A DNA stretch of 64,000 nucleotides from Azolla caroliniana (GCA_043228905.1 JBHGNT010000002.1:3906001-3970000); one strand, 5' to 3'; shown: positions 24,906 through 38,136, numbered from the stretch's first letter. Program-made: numbers and translations. Notes: a model not told the origin generated them from the letters alone.

Positions 24906-25133
24906 TAGTGGTATCTAGGGAAATAAGATATATCTATGGAGTAATAGAGGGGTGAGGAACTTAGGTTTCGAATCCAAGATGTAGTGCTAATAGTGTGAAT
25001 GACTTACCGCTAGGGTTTAGGGTTAACAAAAGAATGGGTAAATTGGGTCGATCATTGTATGGACAAGGCAAAGACAAATGCAAGGTTAACAAAAGAATGA
25101 CATTGTGTTCTCAAGCTAAAAGCAGATTTTATA

Positions 25134-25185
<52 letters not shown>

Positions 25186-27332
25186 GATTCATTATGATGA
25201 GTTGTTGCTAAACTAAATTAGTTATATTATATCTTTTAGCATGGGTAAATTGGGTCGATCACTCGAACTAGGGGTGGGTGGAATTGATACTCCCCTAAAT
25301 GTGAGGGCCGATTACCTTTATGATATTTTTGCTATAAAACATACTTTAGTCAGCTTGAGAGAGACTAGACACCTTTAAAGCCTAAAGGGACAAACATTAC
25401 TAGTATGCCTTCGCTTTCCACGTAAATATAATATTGTTTTGCCTTCCACTTGTTACGAAATTAATATATAGCTATGTATTTGATCGGGTTGATTGCATGT
25501 TAACTTGCACTTTGGATTATTGAAGAGTTGGACTCGGTAGTTTGGATGTTTATGTGTTTGTTTTAATGTTATGTGAAAACACATGTGAACACGTAGTGAG
25601 GACACATATTTTCTATTATTTAGTGTTTGCTTGACATGGAAGAGGTCACACCTTTCAATGGGTCTTGCATGTTCTCAAAACAAGGCCAAGCTTTTAAACC
25701 TTTTTTTATGCAAATTTGTATAATAAGTGATGCTTTGGATTGAAAATTGTCTCCGTCTCTTTTGAAACCTTCAAATTCTTGATAGATCGATCTACATGCA
25801 TATATAGTTTAATGTTAATATGTGCAAGTTTGCGACTTTGCTACCTCACTTGTACATTTATTCATGACTTTGAAGTCGAATGAACATGTGCATGTACTCA
25901 TAATTCTCATTGTTTCGTAATATATTAATTGTAAGTGTGCTATCAACACCGATCCCCGTGGAAATGCAACCAAGTTTAACGAGAAACTGATGTTTAAATA
26001 GTCTTTGAGGACAGTAGAGAGAACCGACTACAGAAAAGTAGTATAGGCACATGTACCCATGTATTTCGTTTTGAATAATGTTGTTATTATGTGTGACGAG
26101 TTGGCTTGCTTTTTGAAAGAGCTTCCTAGTAAATTCTTTGAATTGCATGATTGAGGTTATAGTCAACCTATGACACTTTCTTTCCATAGTATATAATATT
26201 TGAGCAAATCCCCTTTTTGTGTTCAATGATTTATATTTCTCCTATCACACATTTGCCTTGACTATAGTGAAAACTAGAATGCTACAGTTCTAAAAAAACA
26301 TCAAATGACAAGAATATGAGCACAAATTTCACATGCAAATGTCGAACGATATGAAATATAGGTAATGTGGTGGAAGAAAACGCCAAATGATGAGAACCAT
26401 GAAAAGGGAGTTCCTAGATCTTAAAGAAATTTACACATGAGTTTATAATTAGATAGATTTTTGTTTTTAAGATCCACATGTAATATGTGTGTTCTTGATG
26501 TTTTTCTTACTTCAATGTAGTAATATTACATAGTTATAGTTTTGACGCATCCTACTTGATGTTCCTAGAGTAACTTGCTAAGATGGATGACCCATTAGAC
26601 AACTCTTTCCTTCATGTTCACTTACAACATTCAGACATGTTGTATCCTAGGCTCCACATACTATAAGGTGTGGTGCGGGTTCATGTCATCTTCTTTCCCT
26701 ACAATGTTCAATATTACAAGCTTTTGAAGATGAGGATATGTATGCCTAGGTAGGTGTGGTGGGGGTCCAACGGAAGGACAATTCCTAGTTTCCCTATTAT
26801 AGTCATAAAATGGCAAGCTTCTAGATGTGTATGGGGATGAACCACACAATGTCCATCACAAGGTGAGAGTCACCCTACGTTCTTAAGTGCAATAGTTGGC
26901 CTTAAATGTCTCGTACATTTAAGGCAGAATTTGTATATAACCCCCCTTTGAATTGTACACGTGTGTGTTGTAAAAAAGAATGTATACAATGAAGGCTTTA
27001 AAAGATGAGGAGAGAGATTGACCTCATTGAGGGCTTGGCATACTTAAGTGGGTGTGGTGGGTGAATCGAAGGCCCCCGACGATGTTAGAAAGACTGCAGT
27101 TTTAATGTGTTACGAGGCTTTGGAGGTGATTTGGGTTAATCTGTAATGACCAAGTGTAGCGAGGGGGAAGCCAGGGCATGGTGATCATAAAGAATGAATT
27201 AAAAGGTCTCTCATGTGGGACTTTATAGTGACAAAAAAATGGAAACAAAACGTCTAAAGACCTTGTTACAATAGTATACGTGTTGACTATATAAAAGCCC
27301 TTTTCAGTCATCATGGGATGGTGACCGACTCC

Positions 27333-27590
27333 ATGCATGCATACATACATAGACAGATATACATACATACATGCATGCATACATACATACATGCATACAT
27401 ACGTGCATACATACATGCATGCATGCATACAATACCATACATACATACATAGACACATACATACACACACACACATACATACATACATACATACAATACC
27501 ATACATACATACATACATACTATACAATACATACAATACCATACATACATACATACATACATACTATACAATACATGCATGCATACATCC
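27333..27590. repeat. (ACAT)n-type compound microsatellite
   Basis: About 250 bp of ACAT/GCAT/ACAC repeats upstream of the GT47 gene. Confidence 0.95.
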
Positions 27591-27841
27591 ATCACCATTG
27601 CCATCCACACCCTCATCATCCTAGCTTCCTAGTTATTTCTCACCTATAAACATTGGGCAATGCAAAGAGAAATCTGCCAACCATTGGTCAATCATGAACA
27701 TATATACATGACATCTACATGAATTATCATCATCTCTAATTCATCACCAGATTCACCATTTCCATTACCAAAAATCCTCACTTGATTCATTAATCAGGTA
27801 ACCAAATCAAACCAAACCAAACCATAGAGGTGTACATATTC

Positions 27842-29539
27842 ATGGATCACCAATGTTGTAAGCCATTCCTAAAATTGTATCATCATTATAAACCTCTCTT
27901 CAAGATCCCTCCACATTCCTATAGCAAGTTCATTGTAACTGCTTCTTTGCTGCTTCTGTGGTGGCCTCCATTGCTCTATTTCCATCCTTTCCAATCCTCC
28001 CACTATGAAAACCAGATCTTAGCCTCATCCAACCTCATCACTCACATTGATCCCTTTCAACTGCCCACATCTAATGATCATTTACCCACATCTTCAAATG
28101 ACAATTCACCCACATCTATTGATACATCCCACGTACCAACTACCCATCAAATTCACTTGTCCCATGATGATGGTCGATCGGCCTACATGCCAATTCCTAA
28201 TGATAATGATAAAAAATCACCGGCATCGAATGATAATACCACGATTTCTAGCCATTTACAGGATGACCATGAATCGCCGTGTCATGGGAAGTATGTATAC
28301 ATGTATACTCAGCTCCCACCGATGTTCAACGAAGAGATGATCTCGAAATGCCGAGAGATGTCCTTGGATTGGTTAGATGTTTGTTCGATCACATCGAATC
28401 AAGGCCTAGGACCTATACTCAAGCTGGATGGCAATGAAAACAGGAGCAATGATGATGCAATCTGGTATAAGACCGATCATTTCGGCCTAGACGTGATCTT
28501 CCATAACCGAATGAAGCGATACCGATGCTTGACGAGCGACTCCTCGAGGGCCAAGGTTGTGTATGTGCCATTCTATGCAGGGGTGGACAGCAACATAAAC
28601 CTTTTCAACCCTAATGCGACGCAAAGGGATCGACTGGCGAGGGAGCTAGCCAAGTGGCTGCCGGAGCAAGACGAGTGGAAGCGGAGGAGAGGCATGGATC
28701 ACTTCGTGGTGACCGGAAAGATCGGCTGGGATTTCCGGAGGAATCCGGACCCGGACCCGGACCAGAAGGATTGGGGCACGGTCTTCCTGAGCTTGCCGGA
28801 GTTCGGCCGGACAATGTCGGTGCTAGGTGTCGAGAAGACCAACATGCCGGAGTACGAGCGGTACGAGGACTCGATCCCGTACCCGACCTACTTCCACCCG
28901 CGCACGGATTCGGACATAATGCAAAGGCAGCTCCGGCTCCGGGAGTCCCCCCGCCCAAACCTCTTCTCATTCGCGGGCGCCAAGCGGCCCGAGATGCCTT
29001 CGTCCATACGCTCCCACCTCATCGACCAATGCCGATCGGCCGGGGCCTCTTGCAAGCTCCTGGAGTTTGTTCGGGGGGCCACGGCCCCCCGCTTCTCGGC
29101 CACCGCGGTCTTCAGCTTGTTCGAGGACTCGGTGTTCTGCCTCCAGCCACCGGGGGACTCGTACACGCGCCGCTCCGTGTTCGACGCGATGATGTGCGGG
29201 TGCATCCCCGTGCTCTTCCACCCACACACCGCCTACACCCAATACCTATGGCACCTCCCCAAGGACCCCGAATCCTATTCAGTCTTCATACCCGAGGACT
29301 CGATCCGCAATGGCTCGGTAGTCATCGAAGAAGTGCTCCGCGCAATCCCCCCCGCCCGTGCCCGCTCCATGCGCGACACGCTTATCGGCCTCGTGCCCCG
29401 CTTGGCCTATGCCCACCCCGAGAGCCGGCTCGAGCGCTTCTCCGATGCCTTCGATGTCGCTCTCGAGGGCCTCATTGCCAAGATAAATCGCAACCTCGGA
29501 CAAGAAGAAGAAGAAGATAATGGACGGGACGGTCGATGA
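27842..29539 (+). CDS. Exostosin-family (GT47) xyloglucan galactosyltransferase-like protein, MUR3/KATAMARI1/XLT2 group; single exon
   Basis: First ATG at 27842; N-terminal hydrophobic anchor and low-complexity stem. Motifs CHGKYVYMY..LP..FN, WYKTDHF.LDVIFHNRM, YVPFYAG, DHFVVTGKIGWDFRR, IPYPTYFHP and FCLQPPGDSYTRRSVFD...GCIPV. Confidence 0.93.
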   Translation: MDHQCCKPFLKLYHHYKPLFKIPPHSYSKFIVTASLLLLWWPPLLYFHPFQSSHYENQILASSNLITHIDPFQLPTSNDHLPTSSNDNSPTSIDTSHVPTTHQIHLSHDDGRSAYMPIPNDNDKKSPASNDNTTISSHLQDDHESPCHGKYVYMYTQLPPMFNEEMISKCREMSLDWLDVCSITSNQGLGPILKLDGNENRSNDDAIWYKTDHFGLDVIFHNRMKRYRCLTSDSSRAKVVYVPFYAGVDSNINLFNPNATQRDRLARELAKWLPEQDEWKRRRGMDHFVVTGKIGWDFRRNPDPDPDQKDWGTVFLSLPEFGRTMSVLGVEKTNMPEYERYEDSIPYPTYFHPRTDSDIMQRQLRLRESPRPNLFSFAGAKRPEMPSSIRSHLIDQCRSAGASCKLLEFVRGATAPRFSATAVFSLFEDSVFCLQPPGDSYTRRSVFDAMMCGCIPVLFHPHTAYTQYLWHLPKDPESYSVFIPEDSIRNGSVVIEEVLRAIPPARARSMRDTLIGLVPRLAYAHPESRLERFSDAFDVALEGLIAKINRNLGQEEEEDNGRDGR

Positions 29540-30129
29540 CACGTGAGCTCTCGATTGTTTTCTCAAGAAAAAACGAGCGAGTTCCCTGATATGTTTCGGT
29601 TTGCAGCCAACACAAAAAATGATCTGTCGATATATTTGTAGAGTTTCTTGTGGTCGGTCGACACTTTGAAGTTGTGGGCTTTGTTTACTGGCATGAGACG
29701 ACTTTGTTAGTGTTGTTTTTACATTGGGCAGGGGGATTGCTAGATTGGGGGAATCGATCTCTAGAATGAGAGTTAAACATCACTCAATGAAGTTGCTAGT
29801 TTGCTAGGACACAACATTGGCATAACATATTGTGGATCTAGCCATTCACTTAGTTCTGTTATTAGTAATAACTAAATTTCATTGATTCATTAATTCATTG
29901 TGTATTTGGTTATTCGGAGCATCTTCTACATTGTGATCGGTTAACACAACAAAACACGAATATCAATGAGGATTGCATTCTTGTAGATACTAATTCAAAT
30001 TGGTCTAGGCTTCTTGGATCTTTAATACATTTGTATCAGAAGATGCTCTACAATTTATTTCGATCTTACTTTACAACATAATAATGCCTAATAATGCCTA
30101 TAGCCACTTCGACACCCTTTTCTCAGAAA

Positions 30130-31200
30130 TTCTTCTTCTTCTTTCTCAAGCAAAGCACAAATGACATGTCCAAGAATACATTCTCATCCTCATCAATACT
30201 TTGTAGCACGCCTTCAATTTGACACCCAAGGAAACTTTTCATATAAAAAAGTTACACTCCTGAGATACTTAACAAGGGTAGTTTTTTGGAATGTTTTACC
30301 TCATTTTTAAACTTCATCAATGTAGTTGAATTTATGTGCAATCGTCTATATGTGTGATATTATACTAAGAAATGTGGAACTAGATGCAAGTAGTGTGAAC
30401 TTTCTATCCAGAGTGGGAAATATATTCCATTATATACTAAGGAGCCATCCTAGGGATGAACATGAGGGCAATAATGTCAACAATGAGGCAATAGACCACA
30501 AAAATCATTAAATGAGACTGACACCCAATAAAAGAAGGGAAGAGGATGAATTTTGTAAATTCCATGAGGTGACAATAGGTTGTGAAACAATATAATCAAA
30601 TGTTGTAAATGAGTCTTCCATTGCAATGTGTTTCATACTTATTGAAATTGTTTTCCTCTTGTTACCAAGATATCTCTTAAGGTCCACTATTGCAATATCA
30701 ATCCAATTGTTGATGATCCTTAGTTGAAACAATGAATAAAAACCCTTTGCAATCCTCAACACTTTACTACTTTCTTGGTCCTATAAGTGTTCCCCCGATA
30801 CGTAATTGGCTAGGTAATTACACAACATTACTAGAGGAGTTGTAATACACCAATTATTGATTGTAGAAACATGATATTTGCTAGTCTTAGTTTAGGTAAG
30901 ACCAAATAATTTTGTAATTGTCAACTTTCACACCACAGGCTGCCACAATTCGAAGGCTTCTACTTCAAATGCTAATCGCCTTTGTACAATTCCAAAAACT
31001 GTGAGAGATTGATTCCAAAGCATGTCCGCATAACTTACAACTAGCCTCGCCACCACAGGAACTCAACCACTCGCCTACAAGTACAGCCTTGTGGCTAAGA
31101 AGCCACAACCAAGCCTTAATATTTTCTGGCGTATCCAATGCCCATAGTCTCCTCCAAAACGACTTCAGATCGAAGACGACAAAACTATTAGTTACATCTC
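30130..31200 (-). mobile_element. Highly degraded LINE reverse-transcriptase remnant
   Basis: Minus-strand traces VVSYAD (about 31030), KIIWS (about 30905) and RYLG (about 30670) lie in the order expected for a LINE RT; heavily interrupted. Confidence 0.35.
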
Positions 31201-33154
31201 TTGTCTAAGCTAACACACATACCCTTTACATATCATGAAATACCCTCTTCATATCATGCTTCAAGCTTAACATACACACTTACACCTTTGGATATTACAA
31301 ATTTTAACAACTTTGATCTAGAGAGTACATGGTTGGTAAGTAGCTTTGTTTACAAATGTGATGGTAATCATTCCTCGTGGCAACTTATGTGAAGGTCATA
31401 CCATATTGAACTTATATATTATGTTATACCTATGCAATGCTAACATGTACCTACCAACCAAGTCTCATCACACCTTGCTACCACCTTCTACCATAACATT
31501 CTTTATTTGACAGAGCATCGTATTGGATTTGGCTAGTAAGAAACCTTTTTCCAACTTTATAAATTATACCCCCCCAATGTAAATTTGTAGTCTCCTTTAG
31601 CACATGATTTTGATTAATATGTCATCCATAATGAAAGTGGAAGAAATTTATTAACATGGTGCATGAAGTAAACATTGTTGGTTGCTTATTATTGTGAAAC
31701 ATGCAAATGTACAAGTTAATGAAAAATAATAAAGACATGTAACAATCGAGATTTCCTAAAGAATTTAAGTTTACACACTGATACTTCAATCGAGTGATGT
31801 TTCAATGTTTATGAGGATCCCAAACACCTAAAAAATGTGTAGGTGGAGTGGAAACCACTTGACATACTCATTAAAGCCACAAAGGTTGCTAGAACATGAA
31901 AGCATATTGTTGAATTATGCAATATTGGCCAATCATCGATGTGTGTTTCGGGGGGAGGGGGGCAAAGTTGTTATGTTTCTAAACGTTTTTTTCCCATAAA
32001 GGTTGGTTGTTAAAATTTAAGGCAAACCCGAATACTTTGTAGTTGCTAATTGCACTTTGTTTTGGTCATATCAACCTCAAATCAGCCAAATGATAAGTTA
32101 TAGCATCATTGAATTAAATGAGGTCTATGTGCATGCACATTACATCAATACTAATGTATATAAGTACACACATCAGAATTTACTACAAACTTGCATATAA
32201 TTACAAAATTCTATGTGAGGATATGTGGCCCAACTTTTTGTAGTGACTTTACAAACATATAATGGTATGTATAATGTTAAATGTTTCATGTAACTCGGCC
32301 CTACCACAAGTGTGTTGCTCAAAAGTGACTTTAGAACAATGGTCATGCATAAGAAAAAGGTATTCTTTATTGCAATTTTAGAGGATGAAAACGAAATCTA
32401 CATTGCATTCATCATATTATATTCTTGAATCACAACATGTCACATCAATCAATTGGCCCAAAATAAATCAATTGACCTTGTTTAGGCCAGATGTGCCATG
32501 TCCAGTAACTTGTTTCTTTTTCTTTTCTACTCACTAGCTTCATTAGCCAACAACTAACCCCAAGGTTAATCTAACAAGAATTTCATGTTTAGGCTATAAT
32601 TTTGACAAAAAGCATATGTTTATACATATCATTCAATTTTAACTACGTTTTACATACATGTGATTCATATATATATATATATATATATATATAAGAAGGT
32701 ACTAATTATACAAATTACAATTAGTTATATATCATACCACATCTTCAATACACCTTCCATTGGTATGGAGAGTTAATTTGCATCTTGGTGAATACATACA
32801 TAAATAAGTTCAAAATGTTTGCAAAACTTTACTCTTCCATAATTCTCTGCTCTTCCAAATAATGTAAATAGAAGAAAATGTTTGATAACTATCATGATTA
32901 AGATCCATCATTGAAAACTTTTGGTGCATTTCAAGGTCGTTATTTTGTTACAATTATTTATACATGTGAGATCCAATAGTTTGATGTTGGAAATTGGGAA
33001 TTGGGTTTCTTTAACATTTCAAGGTGGTTATTATTCAGATAACTTTGGCCAACTAAATTTGTCTACATGAATGAGATGATGTTTTACATTGAAACTTCGG
33101 TAAAAACAATCTCATGTTTCTAGATATCACAAAAACTGAGTTCTCAATGTCATT

Positions 33155-33670
33155 TTCAAATGCCTATATTTCATAACATGAATTTAACTAAAGCATATTA
33201 AAAGGAAATAACTGCACATAGGAAATAATTGACAAAATGGGGATTCTTATAGGGTTTTCATGACAATGTTGGCTAAGTAGACTTGGGAAAGTGACAAAAT
33301 GGGGATTCTAATAGGGTTTTCATGCCCATATTTCACAACATGATCTTAACTAAAGCATACAAGAAGGAAATAGCTTCACATAGGATAAAGTCAACTTTGG
33401 ATAGTGACAAAATCGAGATTCTTTTTGAAGAGTTTTATAATGCTAACACACGCATTTAATGATGGATATCAAAGATACATGGATACTAGCACAATTCAAC
33501 AACTAGAACTACATCTAAACCAACATATCATTATATCCAAGTTAGTGGGATGCAATTCTATTTTGACAAACGCCTCTTTTAACAATGGACCACAAAGCTA
33601 GATTGACACTAGGCACAATTCAACATCTAGAATTACATCTAAACCAACAAATCACTATATACAAATTAGT
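33155..33670. repeat. Cluster of local tandem duplications
   Basis: TGACAAAATGGGGATTCT.ATAGGGTTTTCATG recurs at about 33230 and 33293, more weakly at 33405. GCACAATTCAACA.CTAGAA.TACATCTAAACCAACA recurs at about 33489 and 33613. Confidence 0.75.
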
Positions 33671-35073
33671 GGTCTAATGACTCCTCAAACCATAAAACGA
33701 AAGGTTACTTGGCATCAATGGCTATTGAGGGCATATGAATAAGCACAACTCAAATTCAATAACTATAAGATGTGGAAAAAATTAAAATTAAAATTAAAAA
33801 ATAAATTGTGTGATGAATCGTAAGATATAAAAAAAATAAAACTGCGACACAAGTACTCTTGAGGACATTACTTACTTTCACCGTAACCATTGCTTGCAAA
33901 ATTTCTTAGGAAACCAGCATGGATCAAGTACGTGCAATAGAAAACAATCAACTTCAAATTTATAAGAAAAAGGTGATTTAAATTTAACTTTAAATTAATT
34001 CCACACGACTAAAGTGGACTGTTATGAACATATTGACATAAAATTCCATGTTCCTTATTTTTTTCATACAGATTTGTTTCTTCTAAAATTTAAAAACTTC
34101 AAATTGTGCCCTTTTGGGTAGGAGGAGAATATACCTAGGAGCATGATCCTAGGTATTCTCGAACAACAGGTCATGTTGACTAATCCCATGCGATTGTTCA
34201 CCATAAATACAAGTCTTGATGATCCGATGATGGAGTCTCTCAGCAAAGCTCTAATGAACGGCAACCTTAATTATAATGGTCCTATGGTTTACAGAAAGCC
34301 CCAACCTGCATGAAAGGCGTAACGATTTAGGAACTGAGAAAGACAATACACATGTTTGTGATGTTGTGTGCTACTTGAAGTTGGAGAGAAAAATCTATGA
34401 AGCTTTCAATGCTCAAAGATACTTATTCCTTTGTCTTTGATATTTGGCGGATATGCCATAGTGCCACATATTGATCCAAACATACATAAAACCAGCAAAC
34501 TTCTTAACCTGTCACATACACTATCCTCTTCATCACTTCAGAATGGTGTGTACATTTGGCGGATACGAAATATTTATACTTCGGGTCCACTTGCAACATA
34601 GTTTTCTCTTAATCCCATTTACTGCAGAAACTAAGGGCAGGAAGAGATATATAGAGTGAGATTTAAATTCCAACTATTACTTTTTATAATAGCAACACTT
34701 TGTTGCTTAGTAATAGGGATCGATATCACCATTCTTAATGGAGACCAGGCAAGGAGCTACACAAGGGTCAATGTAAGAAAGCCTTGGGAACAAACAGCCA
34801 AACACACCTTGAGTGGCTCACTTTGGTTCAAATTCCTCATAAATACATTTTTCTCTTCCATCCGTAATGATCAACATGAATAATGCCAAGGTATATGTGA
34901 AGACAAATTTTCACCTCTTAGATTGTTTGTAACATTGATGACGTGGGGAATTCCTTCTCTCCTTTTCCTGGGCAAAAACATTCTACCTTTGTGATCAGTT
35001 CATCTCTCTATTACCCATGGTTGTTGTCGCTCAAATACAATCAACATACGAAACCATTTTCCATGCAACATTT

Positions 35074-37935
35074 TCATATTGCCCTAATGCTAGCAGTTGC
35101 ATATATATTCCCAAGGTAGACATATGCAACCACACACTGTTGGTCCAATTTTATCGATTGCTCAAAGGCCCATATACCAAGCTCCAGATTCACCAGTTTG
35201 CAACATGCACCTAATATAGACAACCAAAGTTGAAGACAATTATATGATGGCACAAGATCAATCACAGCTCCAGCTTTATCAAAATGTCCTGCTCGGCTTA
35301 AGAGATCAACAATGCACGTATAATGTTCTAAAGTTGGATTAAGATGATAGACATTGATCATATGATCGAAGACCAATATCCCCTCATCCACTAGGCCTCC
35401 ATGATTGCATGCATTCAACAAAACAAGAAAAGTCACTAGATCCGGCATGTTACCTTCTAGTCTCATTGCTCTAAATAAGTTTAAAACCCGCTTGGATTCC
35501 CCTAATTGGGCATACCCGGCCATAAGAACATTCCACGATACTTCATCTCGTCGTGGAAGCTTCTCAAATACTTCTTGAGCTTTCCTGAACATACCACACT
35601 TGGCATACATATCCACCAATGTTGTGCCAAGAATTAGTTCTTTTCCTAACAATCCTTGTTTGCACGCTTCTACAGCTATCTCTTCTCCCATCCCAAGGCA
35701 TCCTATGCTTGTACAAGCTTTTGAAATGCCAACTAAGATGGCCACATCAAAAATGATGCATTCATCTTGCATTTTTCTGAAGCAACGAAGTGCTTCTTCA
35801 CTCAAACCAAGTTGGATATAACCATATATCAATGCAGTCCATGTCAGAGCATTCCTTACTGGAAGATTTCCAAACACTTCTTCTGCTTTTCTCATCACAC
35901 CACACTTTGCATACATATCCACCAATGCATTGCCAAGTGAAACATCTGTTTCTAATAGCATTCGCTCAATGATCTCCACATGTATCTCCTCTCCTGCCGT
36001 GAGGGATCGTATATCTGCACAAGCTTTCAAAATGGAAATAAAAGAGACTATATCTGGAATGATGCCATCGTCTTGCATGTGTTTGAAGAGTTTCAAAGCA
36101 TCAACACATCGACCATGTTGAACATACCCTGAAATCAATGCATTCCAAGCTATAAGATCTCTGGTTTGAAGCCCATTGAAGACTTCTTGTGCTTTCCCTA
36201 GAGCACCACACTTCGCATAAGTATCCACCAACGTTGTACCAACCACAATATGTTTTTCTAATATCCCTTGTTTGCTTAACTCACTATGTATCTCTTCGGC
36301 AAACTCAACTAATCCTATGTTACCACAAGCTTTTAAAACACACATAAACGTGACTACATCTGGAAAAACCCCTTGATCTTGCATTTCATGAAAGCATTTT
36401 AGAGCTGCATGACTAGATCCATGTTGGGCATACCCACAAATCAAGGCATTCCAAGATGCAACATTTTGAACTTTTAGCTTTTCAAACAATTTTTGTGCTT
36501 TTTCCATCGCCCCACATTTACTATACATGTCCACTAAAGCTGTTCCAAGCACTACTTCTTTTTCTAACAACCCTTGTTCCTGGACCTCAGTGTGTATGGC
36601 TTCCCCTATTTGAATACAGCTATTGTTGCTACAGGCCTTCAATATACAAGTAAACGTGATTACATCAGGAGAAACATTCTCTTCCTGCATTTGCTTGAAA
36701 CATTTTAGGGCGTCATCATTGAGTCCATGTTGCACATACCCAGTTATCAACGAATTCCACGATACAATGTCCTTTACTCGAATCGTTTCAAACACCCTCT
36801 GTGCTTTATCAACAGCACCACATCTTGCGTACATATCAACTAATGCATTACCTAGAAGAGCATCATTTTCAAGTAAACCTTGTTTTCTGACATCAGCATG
36901 TATCTCCTCTCCCAGCTCAAGCAATCTTATACACCCACAAGCTTTCAAAATGCAGACAAATGTGACTGAATTCGGTGAGAGACCTTGGTTTTGAACTTGC
37001 TTAAAACAATTCAAAGCTTCATGAAAAAGGCCATGTTGGACATAGCCAGAGATCAATATATTCCATGACACTATATTACGAACTTGAAGCTTCTCAAACA
37101 CATCTTGTGCTTTGCCTAACACACCACATTTTGCATACATGTCCACTAATGCATTACCAAGAATTATATTCACTTCCAATAACCCTTGCTTGATAATCAC
37201 AGCATACATTTCTTCCCCTATTTTCAAAGATTCTACACTTCCACAAGCTTTCAAGATGCAAACAATAGTGACGACATCTGGCAAGACACCTTGCTCTTGC
37301 ATTTGTTTGAAAATTCTCAAAGCTTCATAACCATATCTATGTTGAGCATATCCACCAATGAGAGCATTCCATGCTATAATATCATGTTGAACAATAATCT
37401 CATCATCAAACACTTTTTGTGCTTTCTCCAACATGCCACATTTAGCATACATATCCACAATTGTTGTACAAAGAAATACGTTTCTATTCAATAAATTTTG
37501 CTTTTTCACCTCACCGTATATCTCTTCTCCCATCTCAATAAACCCTAAATTTCCACAAGCTTTCAGAACACAATTGAAAGTGACTGAATCTGGTGAAATG
37601 CTCGCATCTTTCATATGCCTAAACCATTCTAGGGTTTGATCAAAGAAACCATGTTGGGCATAGCCACTAAGCAAAGCATTCCAAGAGACGACATCCTTCA
37701 TCGGAAGATCTTCGAATACCTTCCTCGCATCAAGAAGAGAACCACACTTACCGTACATGCTGAGAAGAGCATTGCTGATTCTGGTATCGCGCTTCACAAG
37801 CAAGCCATGCTGGAGGAGAAAACTGTGTAAACCTCTGGCTTTGTGGAGATCCTTCTGTCTGCCACAGCTCTTGATCAAGTCCAAGAGATCTGTCTGATGG
37901 ATGAGAAGGGGAGCCTTCTCTATATCAAGGGACAT
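35074..37935 (-). CDS. PLS-class pentatricopeptide repeat protein with truncated E extension and no DYW (organellar RNA-editing factor type)
   Basis: 953-aa ORF with about 8 L-S-P triplets of about 102 aa (ILKACG / LVDMYAKCG / VSWNALI.GY), then L2-S2 (TFLVLLNACNHGG, EHYTCIVDLLSRAG) and E1-E2 (WLSILGAC...AYVYLGNIYA). Confidence 0.95.
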   Translation of the reverse strand: MSLDIEKAPLLIHQTDLLDLIKSCGRQKDLHKARGLHSFLLQHGLLVKRDTRISNALLSMYGKCGSLLDARKVFEDLPMKDVVSWNALLSGYAQHGFFDQTLEWFRHMKDASISPDSVTFNCVLKACGNLGFIEMGEEIYGEVKKQNLLNRNVFLCTTIVDMYAKCGMLEKAQKVFDDEIIVQHDIIAWNALIGGYAQHRYGYEALRIFKQMQEQGVLPDVVTIVCILKACGSVESLKIGEEMYAVIIKQGLLEVNIILGNALVDMYAKCGVLGKAQDVFEKLQVRNIVSWNILISGYVQHGLFHEALNCFKQVQNQGLSPNSVTFVCILKACGCIRLLELGEEIHADVRKQGLLENDALLGNALVDMYARCGAVDKAQRVFETIRVKDIVSWNSLITGYVQHGLNDDALKCFKQMQEENVSPDVITFTCILKACSNNSCIQIGEAIHTEVQEQGLLEKEVVLGTALVDMYSKCGAMEKAQKLFEKLKVQNVASWNALICGYAQHGSSHAALKCFHEMQDQGVFPDVVTFMCVLKACGNIGLVEFAEEIHSELSKQGILEKHIVVGTTLVDTYAKCGALGKAQEVFNGLQTRDLIAWNALISGYVQHGRCVDALKLFKHMQDDGIIPDIVSFISILKACADIRSLTAGEEIHVEIIERMLLETDVSLGNALVDMYAKCGVMRKAEEVFGNLPVRNALTWTALIYGYIQLGLSEEALRCFRKMQDECIIFDVAILVGISKACTSIGCLGMGEEIAVEACKQGLLGKELILGTTLVDMYAKCGMFRKAQEVFEKLPRRDEVSWNVLMAGYAQLGESKRVLNLFRAMRLEGNMPDLVTFLVLLNACNHGGLVDEGILVFDHMINVYHLNPTLEHYTCIVDLLSRAGHFDKAGAVIDLVPSYNCLQLWLSILGACCKLVNLELGIWAFEQSIKLDQQCVVAYVYLGNIYATASIRAI

Positions 37936-38060
37936 TCTTCCATACCCAAGATGTGGTGATCTCTACTGTGGTCACTAGACTTCTGTCTGCAGATTGCTAT
38001 GTCTTTGAAAGGAGGAAATAAACAAATGATAGCATTATATATATGTTATTTTGATATTTA

Positions 38061-38136
<76 letters not shown>

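Noticed and set aside
27102-27649. Several overlapping ORFs rich in M/Y/V/C or H/T/Y/I
   Set aside because: They are translations of the (ACAT)n microsatellite.
28654-29520. 288-aa overlapping ORF and antisense ORFs within the GT47 gene
   Set aside because: Expected by-product of high GC3 (few stops in alternative frames); no recognisable motifs.
35600-37830. Plus-strand ORFs opposite the PPR gene
   Set aside because: Antisense shadows of the repetitive PPR coding frame.
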